Assembly: GCA_038874215.1 (NCBI GenBank)
Contig: JAVZCV010000014.1
Coordinates: forward strand, 1-28,917
Length of the DNA: 28,917 nucleotides
Origin: Candidatus Micrarchaeia archaeon
GTDB lineage: Archaea; Micrarchaeota; Micrarchaeia; Burarchaeales; JAVZCV01
Direction of reading: 5' to 3'
Below, in pieces: positions 25,570-28,917 of the stretch (its first letter is position 1; every line of letters starts with the position of its first letter). A program made the translations under genes and the position numbers. Below the pieces are notes generated by a model that searched no databases, had not been told where the DNA came from, and saw only the letters and a list, made by a program, of their open reading frames with translations.

Positions 25570-25752
25570 ATGACAGAAATGCTAAGATACTTGCTCCTAT
25601 TACCAATAGCGGCATGTCTCGGAGTTGCAGTGTTGTCTGAGGACATTAAAGTGAGAATAACCGGTATTTTTCTTGCAGTTATAATGGAGTCTGCAAGAGA
25701 CAGGATAATGATGTTGCACCTTGCATCTATTGCTCGAAGAGTTAGTAAATGA
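25570..25752 (+). CDS. possible small membrane protein
   Basis: 60-aa ORF with two hydrophobic stretches; no recognised motif. Confidence 0.35.
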   Translation: MTEMLRYLLLLPIAACLGVAVLSEDIKVRITGIFLAVIMESARDRIMMLHLASIARRVSK

Positions 25753-25757
25753 AAATT

Positions 25758-25823
25758 AGGCCAGCGCTGAGCGCTGGCAAGGCGACCAGTTTCCCTTTCC
25801 TGCCTTTCGGCAGCAGAACTCGC
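25758..25823 (-). ncRNA. candidate small structured RNA
   Basis: GC-rich 66-nt island with UGCC-GAAA-GGCA and GCCAGCGC-UCA-GCGCUGGC hairpins, TTTATA about 25 nt upstream and a U-rich tail. Confidence 0.45.
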
Positions 25824-25833
25824 AAATATACTT

Positions 25834-26454
25834 GTGTATGTTGCCCAATATAAAGCTTTCGATGAGAGGGTTTTTTTGAGAGAAATTAAGAAAAAATTGG
25901 AAAAGCTTATGGATAGAAAAAGCGAAGTTATAAAAGAAAAAAACAGTATTGAAAGGTGTATATTTGAGAAAAAACGGGAATTAAATGAGAAGAAGGCCCT
26001 AATGCCAAAAGATAGTGATATACGTCCTTTAGATGTAGTTGAGAGGGAGCTTCGTATTATTGAGACTAAGATAGAAACAGAAGCCTACACTATAAGGCAA
26101 GAAAGGGAATTAATGAGGAAAATTGAGCAAAAAAAAGAGGAGATAACGAAATTAAGGAATATAGAGCAAAGAAAATGCGAGATAGAGCTATTAGAAGAAA
26201 AAATTTTTGAGCTTGAGGAAAAAGAGGTTGCATGCGAGACTCTTCTGTACTTTATTGAAAAGTGGATAGGGAAATTTAAGAGGGATTTGGCCAAAATCGC
26301 TGAAAAGGAGAGAATTGCGAGGATGAGGAGAATAAAGAAGATGAAGGAGAGGGAGCTAGTTAAGAGATATTCAAAAAAATACGACGATTATGTTGCCCTT
26401 GGGGATATAGCAATAGTAAGAAAAGGGGGGGATGAAGAGAAAAATGGTGCCTAA
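25834..26454 (+). CDS. coiled-coil hypothetical protein
   Basis: Highly E/K/R-rich helical ORF directly upstream of polB; start uncertain. Confidence 0.7.
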   Translation: MYVAQYKAFDERVFLREIKKKLEKLMDRKSEVIKEKNSIERCIFEKKRELNEKKALMPKDSDIRPLDVVERELRIIETKIETEAYTIRQERELMRKIEQKKEEITKLRNIEQRKCEIELLEEKIFELEEKEVACETLLYFIEKWIGKFKRDLAKIAEKERIARMRRIKKMKERELVKRYSKKYDDYVALGDIAIVRKGGDEEKNGA

Positions 26455-26455
26455 T

Positions 26456-28879
26456 ATGGGAAAGATAAAAGCAGTTTTTATAGATGCGGCATATTTGCGG
26501 GCGAGGGATGGCAGCGTGGTGGTTCGGCTCGTTTTCAAGAGAAATAGGTTTTTTAGGCTGTATGATCGCTCGCTTAAGCCGTACATATATCTTCTCCCCA
26601 AAAATTTTGAAGAAGCGGAAAGGTTGATACCAAAAATATCAATAGGAGAACGGGAAAAGATATCGGTAGAATCGTTGGAAAGGGTAAAGAAGCGACTTGG
26701 AGTGCAAGAAAGAGAGCTGATTAAGGTGAATTTTCGGTATCCGAGTGATGTTCGTATTCTGCGTGGCAAAATAGCTGAGTTTGGCGATATATACGAATAC
26801 GATATACCGTTTGTGCGGCGCTATATGATAGATAGGGGGCTTGCGCCCTTCAATGGATATGTTCTGTGGGTGGATGGAAGGGAGCTGAAAGGCATAGTTG
26901 GGAGTTTTGAAACCGACATTAAATTGCGAACGCTATCGTTTGATATAGAGATATATAACCCTACGGGTATGCCGAGAGATGAGGACCCCATAGTTATGAT
27001 AAGCTGGGTTTACGAGAGCGGCGGGACAGAAACTCCGGATGGGCAAACGCGCAAAAGCTGTGTTCTAACATGGAAAAAAATAGACAGGGATTTCGTAAGT
27101 TCGCTTGAAGGCGAGAAAGATATGATAGAGTCATTTTGCGGACTATTGAAAAAACTTGATGTAGAGGTTCTGTTTGGTTATAATTCATCAATGTTTGACT
27201 TGCCCTACTTGAAAAAACGCGCCGATGCTTTAGGGACTCGTCTCGCCCTTGGTAGGGATGGTTCGCCATTTCATGCAAAATCCCGAGGCATGTATCATGA
27301 CATAAAAATTAAGGGAAGGCTACACGTAGACCTCTATCCTGTTGTTAGGTTTCTGAGCAACATAGGAGCTATAAAAATAACAAGGCACACACTTGGTGAT
27401 GCATACGCAGAGATGACTGGTAAAGAAAAGCTATCTGTTGACAAAGAGAGTATATGGAGGCTCTGGGACGAAAGCCCAGAAATTCTGGCGGATTACTCAA
27501 TGCAGGATGCGCTCGCCACAAATGAAATAGCGAACCTTGTGATGCCAACAGAATATGAGATGGCTAGAACGGTTTACATGCCACTTGACGATGTCTGCAA
27601 CTCTGCGAGTAGTAGACTTGTTGAGAACCTTCTGATGAAAGCAGCACATGACGAAGGTATAATTATACCGAACAAGCCTTCAGAAGCAGAGATAAGGAGA
27701 AGGCTTGCAATGCCAATAAAAGGCGCTTATGTGAAATTGCCGCAGGCAGGCATATACAATAATATAGTGGTTCTTGATTTCAGGGGCCTTTATCCATCTA
27801 TAATATGCTCCCACAACGTTGACCCATATACCCTCAACTGCGACTGCTGCAAAGAAGATGCATACGTATCGCCTCTTGGGCATAGGTTCTGCAAGAAAAG
27901 GAGGGGTCTTGTGCCAAAAGTACTTGAAAGACTTATAACACTTAGAGAGAGCATAAAGAGAAAGCTGGCAGGTGTTGACAAAGAAAGCAGTGAATACAAG
28001 AGGTTGTACGCAAAGCAGCAAGCTCTTAAAATACTCTCAAACAGTTATTATGGGTATCTGCTCTACGCACGCTCGCGCTGGTATTCACGGGAATGTGGCG
28101 AGAGCATAACTGCATGGGGCAGGTATTATATAACAGCAACTGCGGAAAAAGCTGAGAGGGAAGGCTTCCGCGTGCTGTATATAGATACGGATAGCCTTTT
28201 TCTGGAATTGAGGGATGGAAAGACGAAGGAAGACGCGATTGCTTTTATGCAAAGGGTAAATGGAGAATTGCCAGGCAACATGGAGCTTGAATTTGAGGGC
28301 TTTTATCCACGCGCGGTTTTTGTTTCAAAAAAATCAGAGGCTGTTGGTGCAAAGAAGAAATACGCCCTTCTGGGTGAGGATGGGAGAATTAAAATACGGG
28401 GTTTTGAGCTTGTTAGGAGGGATTGGGCGAAAATAGCAAAGGAAACGCAGAGGCGTGTTCTTGAGACGATATTGAGGGAGGGAAGCAAGGAGAAGGCTGC
28501 GGAGATAGTTCGGGAGGTTTTGGAGAAATTAAGGGAAGGGCGGGTTGGGATGGACGAGCTCGTAATCTATACTCAGATTAAGAAAGGGCTCGGTAGCTAT
28601 GATGTGACATCGCCAGAGGTAGCTGCTGCGCAGAAGGCAGAAAAAAGGGGTAGGAAAATAGAGCCAGGTTCGCTTATAGGCTATGTGATAACACGGCGGG
28701 GAAAGAGTATATCTGAAAAAGCAGAGATGCTGGAATTCGCGCAGGACTATGACCCGAACTATTACATAAATAATCAAGTAATACCTGCTGTTTTGAAAAT
28801 AATGAAGGAGCTCGGGTATGATGAGGAGGACCTTAAAATGGCGGGAAGGCAACAGACGCTTTCGGATTTCATGCGCTGA
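26456..28879 (+). CDS. polB: family B DNA polymerase
   Basis: Exo motifs SFDIE and GYNSSMFDLPY; polymerase motifs DFRGLYPSII, KILSNSYYG, YIDTDS, KKKYA; PIP-box QQTLSDF; no intein. Confidence 0.97.
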   Translation: MGKIKAVFIDAAYLRARDGSVVVRLVFKRNRFFRLYDRSLKPYIYLLPKNFEEAERLIPKISIGEREKISVESLERVKKRLGVQERELIKVNFRYPSDVRILRGKIAEFGDIYEYDIPFVRRYMIDRGLAPFNGYVLWVDGRELKGIVGSFETDIKLRTLSFDIEIYNPTGMPRDEDPIVMISWVYESGGTETPDGQTRKSCVLTWKKIDRDFVSSLEGEKDMIESFCGLLKKLDVEVLFGYNSSMFDLPYLKKRADALGTRLALGRDGSPFHAKSRGMYHDIKIKGRLHVDLYPVVRFLSNIGAIKITRHTLGDAYAEMTGKEKLSVDKESIWRLWDESPEILADYSMQDALATNEIANLVMPTEYEMARTVYMPLDDVCNSASSRLVENLLMKAAHDEGIIIPNKPSEAEIRRRLAMPIKGAYVKLPQAGIYNNIVVLDFRGLYPSIICSHNVDPYTLNCDCCKEDAYVSPLGHRFCKKRRGLVPKVLERLITLRESIKRKLAGVDKESSEYKRLYAKQQALKILSNSYYGYLLYARSRWYSRECGESITAWGRYYITATAEKAEREGFRVLYIDTDSLFLELRDGKTKEDAIAFMQRVNGELPGNMELEFEGFYPRAVFVSKKSEAVGAKKKYALLGEDGRIKIRGFELVRRDWAKIAKETQRRVLETILREGSKEKAAEIVREVLEKLREGRVGMDELVIYTQIKKGLGSYDVTSPEVAAAQKAEKRGRKIEPGSLIGYVITRRGKSISEKAEMLEFAQDYDPNYYINNQVIPAVLKIMKELGYDEEDLKMAGRQQTLSDFMR

Positions 28880-28917
28880 TTTATTTAATATATTATATAA
28901 CAACCTATTATGGATTA

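Noticed and set aside
26456-28879. Intein in PolB
   Set aside because: Length and motif spacing are normal for an uninterrupted PolB

Overview
Archaeal chromosomal window; the gene complement and divergent rRNA suggest a DPANN/Micrarchaeota-like lineage, which is inference. It contains cdc6/orc1, a minus-strand 16S-tRNA(Ala)-23S operon with no linked 5S, tRNA-Gly, tRNA-Pro, tRNA-Met, RNase P RNA, and housekeeping genes (ino1, CDP-alcohol phosphatidyltransferase, histone, Hef helicase, GDH, rtcA, PolB, a GlcD/split-GlcF cluster). The main signal is that every identified stable RNA gene is interrupted. By eye I count 21 insertions: 9 in 4 tRNAs, 8 in 23S, 3 in 16S and 1 in the catalytic P4 helix of RNase P RNA. 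Twenty are 32-78 nt hairpins; one 16S intron is 518 nt and encodes a LAGLIDADG protein. Nearly all fold with their exons into strict or relaxed bulge-helix-bulge (BHB) splice motifs. Many share a UUUUCUUU...AAAGAAAA hairpin core across RNA classes, which suggests one mobile mini-intron family. Intron boundaries and E. coli-equivalent positions were derived manually and may be off by a few nt.
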